From assembly GCA_963708135.1 (NCBI GenBank), contig OY970192.1, positions 2,944,001 to 3,008,000 of the forward strand: a stretch of 64,000 nucleotides of DNA. The letters run 5' to 3'. The notes beneath the pieces are model-generated. The model was not told the DNA's origin. It made no database searches and saw only the letters and a list, made by a program, of their open reading frames with translations. Shown in pieces: positions 30,230 to 40,590 of the stretch. The DNA is from an uncultured Gemmatimonadales bacterium (GTDB taxonomy: Bacteria > Gemmatimonadota > Gemmatimonadetes > Longimicrobiales > RSA9). The translations under genes were made by a program, and so were the position numbers. Position 1 is the stretch's first letter, and every line of letters starts with the position of its first letter.

Positions 30230-31258
30230 CGCCATGGCCACGGCCACGGAGGAGTCGAACGTGTTCCTCGAGGCGTCCGGGAGGCCGACCGCGTTCAGTG
30301 CGATGATGCCGTAGTGCTCGCCGCGGATGCGGTTGCCCGTGATCACGGTGCCGCGGATCGGGACCCTGGCGCTGAACAGGCTGATCCCCGCCGGTGCCTT
30401 GTCGGCGGGGTTCTCCAGGTCGGTGCCGTTGCCCTCGAGGATGTTGTCCGAGAAGACGTTGCCGTCCACGCTCTGCGCCCGGGCGTGGGCGTGGATCATC
30501 AGCCCCGCGAAGAAGTTCTTCGTGGACGTGTTCTGCGAGACGATGTTGCCCCAGGCCGCGGCACCCGGGCCCGCCGCAAGAACGCCGATCCCCGCGCCGC
30601 CGCTCTCGCTCACCGTGTTGTGCACGACGACGTTCCGGTAGACGCCCGCCACGCCCTCCGCGACCGCCGAGGTGGCCGTCGTATCGAGCCAGTGTGAAGC
30701 CAGCGTGATGCCGCAGTCATTCGGATTGTGGGCGACGATGTTGCCGGCGATGGTGTCGTCGGCCGTCGGCCCGTTCTCGTCCGTGAGCAGGATCCCGCCC
30801 AGGTTGTCGCGCACCGTGTTGCCACGCACGACCGACCCCGTCACGCTCTGCAGGTGGATGGCCTCGCCGCAGTCGGACTGGTGATGGATGCAGCGCGGGT
30901 GCTTCGGCCCGTACGCGTCGTTGCCGATGAGGACGTTGTTCTCGATCCGCACGCGCGAGGTCTGCAGCACGAAGATGCCCTCGAGCCCGGCGTTGCGGAT
31001 CGTGAAGCCGGACACCAGCGTCCCCGCGGCGGCGGGGCCGTGGACGAACACCCCGTTGGCAGGCGACGCCTGCCCCGCGGCACCGATCGTCGCGTAATGC
31101 CCGACCAGCGCCACGCGCTTGCTCACCCGCACCCCCTCGCGGTAGGTACCCGGGCCGAGCGAGACGATATCACCGGAGTCCGCGCGGTCCACGGCGTGGT
31201 TAATGGTCCGGCAGGGCGAGGCGACGCAGTCGCCTGCATCGGTGCCCCCCGGCCGCAC
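30221..31258 (-). CDS. Right-handed parallel beta-helix repeat protein; N-terminus uncertain
   Basis: SPCRTINHAV, GPGTYRE and repeated GI..N..N strands; in-frame TAG about 55 nt upstream; no clear signal peptide. Confidence 0.75.
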   Translation of the reverse strand: MRPGGTDAGDCVASPCRTINHAVDRADSGDIVSLGPGTYREGVRVSKRVALVGHYATIGAAGQASPANGVFVHGPAAAGTLVSGFTIRNAGLEGIFVLQTSRVRIENNVLIGNDAYGPKHPRCIHHQSDCGEAIHLQSVTGSVVRGNTVRDNLGGILLTDENGPTADDTIAGNIVAHNPNDCGITLASHWLDTTATSAVAEGVAGVYRNVVVHNTVSESGGAGIGVLAAGPGAAAWGNIVSQNTSTKNFFAGLMIHAHARAQSVDGNVFSDNILEGNGTDLENPADKAPAGISLFSARVPIRGTVITGNRIRGEHYGIIALNAVGLPDASRNTFDSSVAVAMALH

Positions 31259-31502
31259 GAATCGGACGACCGGCGCGGCCGGGCGGATCCGGGCCGAAGA
31301 ACCGGGGCGAAGCTAAAGCCCGCCCGCTCGAATCCGCCAGGTCCAGAAGGGCACCGATCTCGCGCCGTCGGATGCCGCCGGATACCGCCGGACGCCGCCG
31401 GATCGAAATCGCCTCCGCCTCGAAACGGATCCCGCAGGGTACTGCCTGCGGGCCGTTTCGGAGCGGAGGCGTCCGGAGGGATCCTCCGCGGAGCGGCGAT
31501 CC

Positions 31503-32777
31503 CTACTGCGCGCTCGCGGCGGTGATGACGAAGTTGGTCGAGTCTGCGGCGCCGCTGACCAGATCGATCGAGACGGGCGGCACCGGATCGTACGTGACGT
31601 TGACGCCCGCGGGCGTCACGAGGTTGAGCGAGTAGCTCCCGGCGGCCAGGCCCGGGAACGAAGCCGTGAACGTGCCGTCGCTGTCACTGTCGGCGAACGC
31701 CACCTGGATCGCCGTCCCTCCATCCGGCGTCAGCTCGGCCATGAACTGCGAGAGCGTGACCGCGGCCGGTGGCGTGCCGATGGACGGCAGCGTGACGCCC
31801 GAGCCGAGCTTCAGCGTCGCCGTGACCGAGGCGGGGAGTGCCGCGGACGCGAGCGTGACCGTCTCCGTCGTGGTCTCGCGCTCCGCCACCGTCACGGTCA
31901 CGGGGAGCTCGGGCGAGAATGTCACGAGCAGGCCGTTGGGGCCCGTGAAGGACAGGCTGTAGTCGCCGGGCGTGAGCCCCTTGAACAGCGCCTCGTAGAT
32001 ACCGTCGCTGTCTGCGTCCGTCAGCGTCAGCTCCCGGGGCGTGCCGCCGCCGGCAGGCGTGAGCACCGCCGTGAACGCGCCGAGCGTCACATCCTGACCG
32101 TCGAGCTGCGGCAGCGTGACGTCGGTGCCGAGCTGCAGCTGCGCCAGCAGATTGCCGCCGAAGGTGACGTTCGTCGCCTTCACCACCGGGTGCATCACCC
32201 AGCGGCCGGACTTGCCTGCCTCATGACCGAAGCTCCGCGAGGCGTTGAAGTCGATCATCACGATCGTCTCGCCGTCGCCGATGTCCAACTTGCCGCCAGG
32301 CAGATCGATCTTCAGTCCACTCGTCCCGAGACTCGGCATCTGGAGCGTCCCGTCAACGGCCATTCCGGCCGGGAGCCCCGCGTAGTCGGGCGAGGAGGCG
32401 TACACTCTCGACCCATCGGTCGTCTCCACCTGGATGTAGGCGCCGCTGAGCACGAGCCGGAGCTGCGAATAGCTCCCTGCCGGAATGTCGGCGCCTGCCA
32501 CCAGCGTGGCGACCTCGTTCTGCAGGTCGAGCAGATTACCCGTGTAGGGCTGCTCCAGCAGCGGCACACCCCCGCCGCTCCCCTGCAGCGTGATCTGCGA
32601 GATCGTCACGACCGCCGACTGGAAGTCGCCGGGCGCGTCCGTGAGCAGGAGCGTGAACCCCTTGCCCGTACCGATCTTGGTGTGCGTCGTGCTCTGCGGA
32701 GCCGTCGGAGAGACGTCCTGGCACGCCGCGAACGCGAGCACGAGAGCCAGCGGCGCGAGCCGGGAGATGCGAAGCAT
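31503..32777 (-). CDS. DUF4382 domain lipoprotein with two C-terminal prealbumin/carboxypeptidase-regulatory-like repeats
   Basis: Lipobox FAAC; LLLTDAP, GSYSQLRL and DFNASRSF..MHPVV; duplicated DxDSDGx(Y/F)..GL..G(D/S)YSL. Confidence 0.82.
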   Translation of the reverse strand: MLRISRLAPLALVLAFAACQDVSPTAPQSTTHTKIGTGKGFTLLLTDAPGDFQSAVVTISQITLQGSGGGVPLLEQPYTGNLLDLQNEVATLVAGADIPAGSYSQLRLVLSGAYIQVETTDGSRVYASSPDYAGLPAGMAVDGTLQMPSLGTSGLKIDLPGGKLDIGDGETIVMIDFNASRSFGHEAGKSGRWVMHPVVKATNVTFGGNLLAQLQLGTDVTLPQLDGQDVTLGAFTAVLTPAGGGTPRELTLTDADSDGIYEALFKGLTPGDYSLSFTGPNGLLVTFSPELPVTVTVAERETTTETVTLASAALPASVTATLKLGSGVTLPSIGTPPAAVTLSQFMAELTPDGGTAIQVAFADSDSDGTFTASFPGLAAGSYSLNLVTPAGVNVTYDPVPPVSIDLVSGAADSTNFVITAASAQ

Positions 32778-33061
32778 GAAGCCTCCAGTGATGCAGGTTG
32801 CTGCCAGGCCGGCATCGGCGCTTTCGGTGGGAGGACGATCGAGCGGAGCGGGAGGTCACAGCCAGTTCGGGCGGGGGAGGCCGCGCTGGCCCGTCGGACT
32901 TCGAGAGCTCGGCGATCCGTGTTGCGGACGACCGGGCACGGTCACGGGCAGGGCACGGAAGACGGGCAAAGAGGGCCAGTGGGAACGGGCAGGGGCAGGG
33001 GCGCGGGAACGCGCAGGGGCAGGGGGAAGGCCTATGGAGGATCGTTGTCCGGCGATCGGCG

Positions 33062-34381
33062 TCAGGCGCCGCGTTCGACCACCTCCGGCGCGTCTTCCAC
33101 ACGCATGTTCTTCAGCCGCCGCAGCGCGGGAATCCCCCACGCCGGGCCGACCGCGAGCAAACTGAACGCCGGCCCCCATCCGAACCGAGCCGAGATCGCG
33201 ATGGTCAGCCAGATCGAGCCGGCCGTCAGCGCGAAGCCGAGCGACGTCTGGATGGTCAGCGCCGTGCCCACCGCGTGCGCCGGCGCGACCTCGGTCGTGA
33301 TCGCGCTGAACTGCGCGGAGTCCGCCACCACGGCAAATCCCCAGACGAGGCCCAGGACCGCCAGCAACGCGTAGGGTGCGGCTCCGAGCCAGCCGGTGAC
33401 CAGCGCGCAGCTGCCGCTCACGGCCAGCGCGGCCATGGCCACGCGCTCCCTGCCCCAGCGGTCGGCCCACGCGCCGGCGACCACCGCGCCGGCCCCGCCC
33501 ATTCCGATCACGGCAAAGCCGAGCACGCCGGACCAGGTGGTGGCGGCAACCTCCGACGCGCCGCGCGCGAGGAACGTCTCGTAGTAGAAGAGTGGGACGA
33601 GCGCCCACATGGCGTACAGCTCCCACATGTGCCCGAGGTATGCCGCGATGGTGGCGGCGGTCTCCCGGTCCCCGAGCACGCGACCGACCAGCCGCCACGA
33701 GAACGGGCGCTGCGCGAACGGATACGGCCCGTCACTGTAGCCGAAGGCGACGAACAGCGCCGCCAGCACGGCGCCCGCCGATGCGGTCAGCACCACGCCG
33801 GACAGGCTCGCGCCCTCGAGTGCGTGGACGAGGTACGGCGTCGCCTTCCCCACGGTGAGGGCGCCCACGATCGTGCCGATGGCGAGCCCCCGCGAGGCGC
33901 GGAACCATGTGGCGGCCATCTTCATCGCGGGAGGGTAGACCCCGGCCAGGAAGAACCCGGTGAGGAAGCGTGCGACGAGGGCCGCGGGGTACGCCGGGCC
34001 GAGCGCGAGCGCTCCGTTGGCCGCCGCCGCGGCAAGCGCCGAGGCGGTGAAGTAGCGGCGGGAGTCGACCAGGTCGGCCAGGTTGAGGAAGGCGGCGAGG
34101 GCAGTGCCGCCCACGAAGCCGAGCTGCACGACCGTGGTCAGCCATCCCGCCTGCTGCGCGCTGAGCCCCCACTGTACGCGCAGCTGCGGCGCCACCGCGC
34201 TGGCGGTGAACCAGAGCGACATGCCGAGCAGCTCGGCCGCCGCCAGCAGCGCGAGCATGCGCCAGCGGCCGCGCACCTCGGAGTCGGCGATCGGGAAGGT
34301 CGCGGCGTCGCGCTCCGCGCGCCGGCGAAAGCGCTCGCCCTCCGCTCGATCGACTGCCGCGGGAATGCGTTCCATGCCCAT
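33062..34381 (-). CDS. MFS transporter; start uncertain
   Basis: MSLWFTASA, VQLGFVGG, YPPAMK, GHMWELYAMW and ADSAQFSA. Confidence 0.92.
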   Translation of the reverse strand: MGMERIPAAVDRAEGERFRRRAERDAATFPIADSEVRGRWRMLALLAAAELLGMSLWFTASAVAPQLRVQWGLSAQQAGWLTTVVQLGFVGGTALAAFLNLADLVDSRRYFTASALAAAAANGALALGPAYPAALVARFLTGFFLAGVYPPAMKMAATWFRASRGLAIGTIVGALTVGKATPYLVHALEGASLSGVVLTASAGAVLAALFVAFGYSDGPYPFAQRPFSWRLVGRVLGDRETAATIAAYLGHMWELYAMWALVPLFYYETFLARGASEVAATTWSGVLGFAVIGMGGAGAVVAGAWADRWGRERVAMAALAVSGSCALVTGWLGAAPYALLAVLGLVWGFAVVADSAQFSAITTEVAPAHAVGTALTIQTSLGFALTAGSIWLTIAISARFGWGPAFSLLAVGPAWGIPALRRLKNMRVEDAPEVVERGA

Positions 34382-34421
34382 TCCATAAGCCCGCGGTGGG
34401 AGCATGCGCAAGCGGGGCCGT

Positions 34422-36953
34422 CTACTCCGCGCCGATCGACTGCCACCAGCGGGCGCGCAGCATGTGCCGCTCGGCGCCCGCCGCGTCGCCGAGGGCGGCA
34501 TGCGCCTGGGCGGCGGCGGCGTGCGTGTAGACGTACTGCATCGGGATGTTCGTGGAGGCGGCGTCCGGCCAGGGCGTGGCGGCGTCGAGGATGCGGCCGC
34601 GGCGCAGGTAAACGTCCCACGTGAGAGTGTCGGTCAGCGGCAGGTCCACGGCGGCCCCGGCCACCGGCGAGAGCGGAGTCTCCGGGAGCGGCACCACGCC
34701 CGGCGCCGTGCTCGACGCGGGCGCGTTCCGGATCCTCCAGGTGATCCCCTCGCGGACGGTGTGCGCGAAGAGCCCGAGCTTGGTCACCGCCGGCGAGCCG
34801 GGCATGAAGTGGATCGGCCGCTCGCCCAGCGCCGCCTCGAGGATGGCCGCGGTGAACAGGTCTTCGGGCAGCAGCTGCGTGCCGGCATCGATGGTCGTGT
34901 CTATGGCGCCCGCGTGCAGCCGGATGGTCTCCGGGGCGACGAAGGCGCTCCCGGCGATCCGGTCGATCTCGCCGTCCGTCAGCCGCACGACCGAGTCCCG
35001 CGGCGGCCGGAGCGAGCGGGTCCAGCCGGCCTCCACGAGCGCGGGCGGAAGCTGTCCCCGCTCGAAGGGCCGCTGGCAGAGGATGCGCGTCGGCGTCGCG
35101 GTCGGGTCCACGCCCGCCGGACAGGGGCGGGTCAGGTCGCGGATCTGCCGGGCGTACCAGGGCGTGCGCAGATAGCTCGAGACGATGACCGTCACGTCCC
35201 TGCGCACGCCCTCGACCTCCTGCGCGTACCAGAGCGGGAAGGTGTCGTTGTCGCCGTTCGTGAAGAGCACGCCGTACGGCTCGACGCTCATGAGCACGTT
35301 GTACGCCCAGTCGCGCGCGGTGTAGTCGTCGGCCCGCGACGCCCAGCGCCAGTTGAGCGCCAGCGGCACGAGGGCGACGAGAAGCAGCGGCGCCGCGGCG
35401 AGGCGCGGCCACGCCAGGCGGCCGCCGAGCCACTCCGCCGCGCGCCGCCAGAGCGTCGCCACGCCCATGCCCGCCCACAGGCCCCAGACGCTGAAGCCGA
35501 TCAGGAAGAAGTAGTCCCGCTCGCGGACTTCGTGGAACGCGGGATCGGCAACGCGGTCGCGCCCGATCGCATAGCCGTACTTGAAGTTCATGTACACGAC
35601 GAGGCCGAGCGAGAGCGTGAGGAAGCGCGTCGCCAGGTAGGCCGCGCCAGCGGCGTCCCGCCTGCGGTGCGTCCACGCGCCGGCGAGCCCGAGCAGCAGG
35701 AACACGAGTGTCACGAGCGGTCGGGCGCCGCCGAACAGCACGCGGTGCCCCGCCACCGAGCGCGCCCACTGCCAGTCGAAGTACTGGATGTAATTCTCGA
35801 GCTGCGACGCCAGGAGCGCGGCGCTCCGCGGCACGACCTGCCCGGGGTAGACCGTCGGGTCGAGCAGGATCGACGGCTTGCCGTACTGCTCGCGCCGGAT
35901 CTCCGCCGACAGCGCCGGGCAGCCCGCGGCGCCCCACGTGTACACGCTCGCCACGGCGCCCGCCGCAGAGGCGCAGGTCGGCTCCCCCTCCGCGAGCACC
36001 GGCCGCTCGGCCGCGCGGATCGGCAGGAAGAGCTGTACCGAGAGCGCGAGTGCCCCGAGCGCCGCGCCGCCGATCCAGAGCCGCGGGCGGAGCAGCGCGC
36101 CGCCGTCCACCAGCCACACGAAGAGAAGCAGCGCCGGCACCACCAGCACGCCCCTGAGGTGGTTCGTGGCCGTGAGCGCGACCAGGAACACCAGCCCGAC
36201 CAGCGGCTCCGTCCGCCGCCCGGTGTCCCGCCAGCGCAGCGCCATCCAGCTCGCAAGCGCCGTCGTGAAGAAGGAGATGCCGTACACCTTCTCCGTCACG
36301 TCCGACTGGTTCCACACCGTGAACGCCGTTGCCGAGATGGCGACGGCGGCCGCCGCACCCAACCTGCGCAGCAGCCGGTCGCCGCCCGCGCCCGCCAGCG
36401 TCCGGTCCACCACCAGGAACCAGAAGCCCGCCGCCCCCGCGGACAGGCAAGCGGTGAACAGGTTCAGCCGCACGGCGGCGACGAGCCCCGTCCCCGCCAG
36501 AAGACTCTCCCACGCGTGCCCCAGCAGCACGAAGAGCGGGCTCCCCGGCGGATGGGCGATCCCCAGCGAGTGCGCCGCCGTCAGATACTCGCCCGAGTCC
36601 CAGAAGCCCGTGGCGGGCGCCAGCGTCACCGCGTAGATCAGAAGCACGGCCAGACCCGCCAGCACCGCCGCCCCGTACGGCGGCCGCGGCGCGCCCGCGT
36701 CCCACCCCCGCCTGCGCGCCCGGCGCCGGCGCCCCAGCTCCGCCGACCACTCGGCGGGAACGCTCCGGGCCAGGTCGCCGAGCACCCGCCTCCAGAGGCC
36801 GGAACCCTCCCCCCGCGCCGCGCGCCGACGCCACTCGCCGAAGGCCGCCCGCATCTCGCCGCCGTACTCCGCCCGGAACCCCGCCGGATACAGGTACAGC
36901 AGCGCCCCGTACAGCCGCTCCCCCGCCGGGCGACGACACGCGGCCGCCCTCAC
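34422..36953 (-). CDS. DUF2723 (GT-C/TMEM260-like) membrane protein with an N-terminal PadR-associated permease-prefix-like segment
   Basis: FWDSGEY..LGIAHPPGSP, EVRERDYFF and FTNGDNDTFPLWY; N-terminus LYPAGFRAEYGGEM. Confidence 0.85.
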   Translation of the reverse strand: MRAAACRRPAGERLYGALLYLYPAGFRAEYGGEMRAAFGEWRRRAARGEGSGLWRRVLGDLARSVPAEWSAELGRRRRARRRGWDAGAPRPPYGAAVLAGLAVLLIYAVTLAPATGFWDSGEYLTAAHSLGIAHPPGSPLFVLLGHAWESLLAGTGLVAAVRLNLFTACLSAGAAGFWFLVVDRTLAGAGGDRLLRRLGAAAAVAISATAFTVWNQSDVTEKVYGISFFTTALASWMALRWRDTGRRTEPLVGLVFLVALTATNHLRGVLVVPALLLFVWLVDGGALLRPRLWIGGAALGALALSVQLFLPIRAAERPVLAEGEPTCASAAGAVASVYTWGAAGCPALSAEIRREQYGKPSILLDPTVYPGQVVPRSAALLASQLENYIQYFDWQWARSVAGHRVLFGGARPLVTLVFLLLGLAGAWTHRRRDAAGAAYLATRFLTLSLGLVVYMNFKYGYAIGRDRVADPAFHEVRERDYFFLIGFSVWGLWAGMGVATLWRRAAEWLGGRLAWPRLAAAPLLLVALVPLALNWRWASRADDYTARDWAYNVLMSVEPYGVLFTNGDNDTFPLWYAQEVEGVRRDVTVIVSSYLRTPWYARQIRDLTRPCPAGVDPTATPTRILCQRPFERGQLPPALVEAGWTRSLRPPRDSVVRLTDGEIDRIAGSAFVAPETIRLHAGAIDTTIDAGTQLLPEDLFTAAILEAALGERPIHFMPGSPAVTKLGLFAHTVREGITWRIRNAPASSTAPGVVPLPETPLSPVAGAAVDLPLTDTLTWDVYLRRGRILDAATPWPDAASTNIPMQYVYTHAAAAQAHAALGDAAGAERHMLRARWWQSIGAE

Positions 36954-37312
36954 GCCGCACCTCCTTCCGCCAGCAGCCGCTTCGCGCGCGCCGCCTCCAG
37001 CAGCCGCTCCAGCCGCCGCGCCTCGAGCGCCGCCACCTCCCGACCGAACGCCGTCAGCCGGTACGTGCGACGGCGCTCGTCCGCGTCCCCTTCCCGCCCC
37101 TCCACCTCCTCCACCAGCCCGTCCTCCCGCAGCCGCTTGATCGCACCGTACAGCGTCCCCGGCCCCAGCCGCACCCGCCCCCCCGTGCGCGCCTCCACCT
37201 CCTGCATGATCGCGTAGCCGTGGCGCTCCGCATCCGCCAGCGCCAGCAGCAGCTCAAAGACCGCTTCGCTCAGCGGCAGCAACCCGGCGGGATCGCGGGA
37301 GGGCTCCGTCAT
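36950..37312 (-). CDS. PadR family regulator
   Basis: LLALADAERHGYAIM, GPGTLYGAIKRL and RRRTYRLT. Confidence 0.92.
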   Translation of the reverse strand: MTEPSRDPAGLLPLSEAVFELLLALADAERHGYAIMQEVEARTGGRVRLGPGTLYGAIKRLREDGLVEEVEGREGDADERRRTYRLTAFGREVAALEARRLERLLEAARAKRLLAEGGAA

Positions 37313-37340
37313 GTCGTCCTCGCCTCGTGAGAGGGCCCGT

Positions 37341-37361
37341 CTATATCGCATCACGATATAG
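37341..37361. promoter_or_regulatory. Putative PadR operator
   Basis: Perfect inverted repeat CTATATCG-CATCA-CGATATAG about 30 bp upstream of padR. Confidence 0.75.
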
Positions 37362-37482
37362 CGGGTCGGGCCGGAGGGGCAAGGGGCGAGGAGGCCATGG
37401 GCGTGAGAAGTGGGTTTCTTGTGGCGCGGGTGCGGGTTTTCCGCGACCCGCGTTCGCGTGAGCTCTTCTGGACGCCGTCCGG

Positions 37483-38538
37483 CTACCGGTACTGCCCCAT
37501 CAGCTCCTCGAGCGCGCCTGCCCCGGGGCAGAGCGCCTCGAACGGCAACGCGGCGAGGGGCTCCTGCACGGTGCCGATGGTGGCGTGCAGGTCGCTCGTG
37601 GCCTCGTCGATGAAGAGCAGCCCGGTGGGCACTTCGCCGGCATCCTGGCGCTCGCGCACGTAGGCGTATGCGCGGTCGCGGTCGGTGGGGTCGTAGCCCT
37701 CGGCCAGCTTGCGGAAGCGTACGATCTCGCCGCCGTGCATCCTCACCTCGCGGACCTCGCCCTCGCCGTAGCTGGTGGTGATCTCGCGGCGGAGCGGGAC
37801 GAAGTCGGCCTCGACGATCTCGACCTCGTGCTCGCGGGTGTAGCGGTAGCTCTTGGTGGAGCCCTCGTGGTCGTTGAAGCTGACGCAGGGGCTGATGACG
37901 TCCACGAGGGCGAAGCCGGGGTGGCGCATCGCGGCCTGCAGGATGGGCACGAGCTGGGCCTTGTCGCCGCTGAAGGAGCGTGCCACGAAGCTGGCGCCGA
38001 GGGTGAGCGCCAGGAGCACGGGGTCGATCGGGTGCTGGCGGTTGACGTCGCCCTTCTTGGAGCGGGAGCCGATGTCGGCGGAGGCGGAGAACTGCCCCTT
38101 GGTCAGCCCGTAGACGCCGTTGTTCTCGATCACGTACAGCATGTTGACGTTGCGGCGGATGGCGTGGCAGAGCTGACCAATGCCGATGGAGAGCGAGTCG
38201 CCGTCGCCGGAGATGCCGACGTAGGTGAGCTGGCGGTTGGCTGCGTTCGCGCCCGTGGCCAGGGAGGGCATGCGGCCATGGACGCCGTTGAAGCCGTGCG
38301 CGCCGGAGAGGAAGTACGCCGTCGTCTTCCCGGAGCAGCCGATGCCGCTGAACTTGGCCACGCGGTAGGGCGCCAGCTCGAGTTGCCAGAAGGCATCGAC
38401 GAGGGCCGCGGTGATGGAGTCGTGGCCGCAGCCCGCGCACAGCGTGGACATGCTGCCCTCGTAGTCGCGCCGGGTCAGGCCGAGCGAGTTCTGCCGGAGC
38501 GCCGGGTGGCGCACCTTCGGCTTGGCGATGTGTGTCAT
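37483..38538 (-). CDS. 2-oxoacid:ferredoxin/acceptor oxidoreductase beta subunit
   Basis: CAGCGH, SGIGCS, HGR and GDGD..NNGVYGLTKGQ (TPP binding). Confidence 0.95.
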   Translation of the reverse strand: MTHIAKPKVRHPALRQNSLGLTRRDYEGSMSTLCAGCGHDSITAALVDAFWQLELAPYRVAKFSGIGCSGKTTAYFLSGAHGFNGVHGRMPSLATGANAANRQLTYVGISGDGDSLSIGIGQLCHAIRRNVNMLYVIENNGVYGLTKGQFSASADIGSRSKKGDVNRQHPIDPVLLALTLGASFVARSFSGDKAQLVPILQAAMRHPGFALVDVISPCVSFNDHEGSTKSYRYTREHEVEIVEADFVPLRREITTSYGEGEVREVRMHGGEIVRFRKLAEGYDPTDRDRAYAYVRERQDAGEVPTGLLFIDEATSDLHATIGTVQEPLAALPFEALCPGAGALEELMGQYR

Positions 38539-40568
38539 CGAGCCTCGATCTCCTTTCCGCCGGCCTTGCCGGTGGGCGCCTGTTGAGTCTCCAATGCGAC
38601 GATGCCGCCTCCGGCCGCCGGCGCCCCGCCGTCGCCGGCGGCCGCGGGGGCTCCGGCGGCGGACTGCCCGTCCGGCGTGGCCGCGAGTCCCAGCGCGGCC
38701 AGCACGTCCTCCACGACCGACGAGGCGCTCAGCGGCAGCCCGCCGTAGCGGCGCGAGGAGCCGAGCCGCTCGGGGCGGGCGCCGGCCTCGATGATGAGGA
38801 GCGAGCGGAGCTGCGCGTCCCGATTCTGCTCGACCACGATCGAGCGTTCGTGCGCCTCGAGGAACGCGCGCACCGCCGGGCCGAACGGCAGCGCGCGGAT
38901 GCGCATGACGTCCGTGGCGACGCCGGCCTCCGCGAGCCGCGCCTGCGCCTCGAGCACGGCGCCCCGGCAGCCGCCGATGGTGATGAGGCCGAGCGGCGCC
39001 GCGGGCGCGGGCGCGGCCGCTCCGGAAGCGCTGGGCTTTCCCGCCCCGTTGGCCGCGGCGTCGCCGGCGAGCGGCGGGGCGGCGTCGCCGGCGGGCACGA
39101 TCTCGGGAGGCGGCACGGCCTCGGCTGCGCTGGCGAGCTTGACCAGCAGTCGGTCGAGCACGTCCGTGTAGGCGGCGGCGTCCTCGGTGTAGCGGCCGAA
39201 GCGATCGTGGCCCGAGCCGCGGGTGAAGTAGGCGCCGCGGGGGTGCTCGCCGGGGATGGTGCGGTAGGGGATGCCGTCGCCATCAACGTCGAGATAGCGG
39301 TAGAACTGCTGCATCGTCTCGAGCTCGGCGGGGCCGAGCACCTTGCCGCGGTCTGGGCGGTAGGCGTCGTCCCAGGAGAGCTTGGGCACGACCCAGTCGT
39401 TCATGGCGATGTCGAGATCGCTGACCACGAAGACGGGCGTCTGGAACCGCTCGGCCAGGTCGAAGGCGGTCGTGGCGAAATCGAAGCACTCGCGCGGGTC
39501 GCACGGGAAGAGCGCCACGTGCCGGGTGTCGCCGTGGGAGGCGTAGGCGATGGAGAGCAGGTCGCCCTGCTGCGTGCGCGTCGGCATGCCGGTCGAAGGG
39601 CCGGCGCGCTGGATGTCGAAGAAGACCGAGGGGATCTCGGCGTAGTAGGCGAGGCCCAGGAACTCGCTCATGAGCGAGATGCCGGCGCCGCTCGTGGCCG
39701 TGAAGGCGCGCGCGCCGGCCCATGCCGCGCCGAGCACCATGCCGGCGGCGGCGAGCTCGTCCTCGGCCTGGAGCACGGCGTAGCGGGCCTGGCCGGTCCC
39801 GGGGTCGTGGCGGTACTTGCGGCAGAAGTTGCTGAACGCCTCGACCAGCGAGGTGGACGGCGTGATCGGGTACCACGCGGCCACGGTGGCGCCCGCCCAC
39901 AGGCAGCCGAGCGCCGCGGCGGTGTTGCCGTCGATGACCACGTGCTCGCGAGTGCGGTCGAGCGGCACGAGGCGGATCGGCAGCGGGCAGTCGAAGTGCT
40001 CCTGCGCGTACGAGCGGCCGAGGTGGACGGCGTCGAAGTTGGAGTCGAGGAGCGACTTCTTGCGCCCGTACGTCTCCGTGAGCAGCGTCTCGACCACCTC
40101 CATGTCCACGTCGAGCAGCGCGGTCAGCGCGCCCACGTAGGCGATGTTCTTCATGAGGATCCGCTCGCGGGCGCCGGCGTAGCGCTGGTTGCAGATCTCG
40201 GCGAGCGGGATCCCCAGGTGGGTCACGTCCTCGCGCCGGAGCGCGGCGTCGAGCGGGCGGGTCGAGTCGTGGAGCAGCCAGCCGCCGCTCGTCACCTCGG
40301 CCGCATCGCGCGCGTAGCTGGCCGGGTTCATGGCGACGACGAGGTCGAACGTCTCCGTGCGGGCCGTCCAGCCCTCGCCGTTCACCCGGATCTCGTACCA
40401 GGTCGCCAGCCCCTGGATGTTGCTGGGGAACAGGTTCTTGCCGCTGACCGGGATGCCCATGCGGAAGATGGACTGCATGAGCAGGCCGTTGGCGCTGGCC
40501 GAGCCCGTGCCGTTGACTGTCGCGATCTTGAGCGCGAAGTCGTTGACGCGCGAGGCGCCTTGCTTCAT
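38535..40568 (-). CDS. 2-oxoacid:acceptor oxidoreductase alpha subunit (gamma-alpha fusion); start may be 40598
   Basis: NGTGSAS, WYPITPST, QAEDE, ATSGAG and QRAGPSTGMPT. Confidence 0.95.
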   Translation of the reverse strand: MKQGASRVNDFALKIATVNGTGSASANGLLMQSIFRMGIPVSGKNLFPSNIQGLATWYEIRVNGEGWTARTETFDLVVAMNPASYARDAAEVTSGGWLLHDSTRPLDAALRREDVTHLGIPLAEICNQRYAGARERILMKNIAYVGALTALLDVDMEVVETLLTETYGRKKSLLDSNFDAVHLGRSYAQEHFDCPLPIRLVPLDRTREHVVIDGNTAAALGCLWAGATVAAWYPITPSTSLVEAFSNFCRKYRHDPGTGQARYAVLQAEDELAAAGMVLGAAWAGARAFTATSGAGISLMSEFLGLAYYAEIPSVFFDIQRAGPSTGMPTRTQQGDLLSIAYASHGDTRHVALFPCDPRECFDFATTAFDLAERFQTPVFVVSDLDIAMNDWVVPKLSWDDAYRPDRGKVLGPAELETMQQFYRYLDVDGDGIPYRTIPGEHPRGAYFTRGSGHDRFGRYTEDAAAYTDVLDRLLVKLASAAEAVPPPEIVPAGDAAPPLAGDAAANGAGKPSASGAAAPAPAAPLGLITIGGCRGAVLEAQARLAEAGVATDVMRIRALPFGPAVRAFLEAHERSIVVEQNRDAQLRSLLIIEAGARPERLGSSRRYGGLPLSASSVVEDVLAALGLAATPDGQSAAGAPAAAGDGGAPAAGGGIVALETQQAPTGKAGGKEIEAR

Positions 40569-40590
40569 TCCAGGGTCTCCGTGGGAATCG

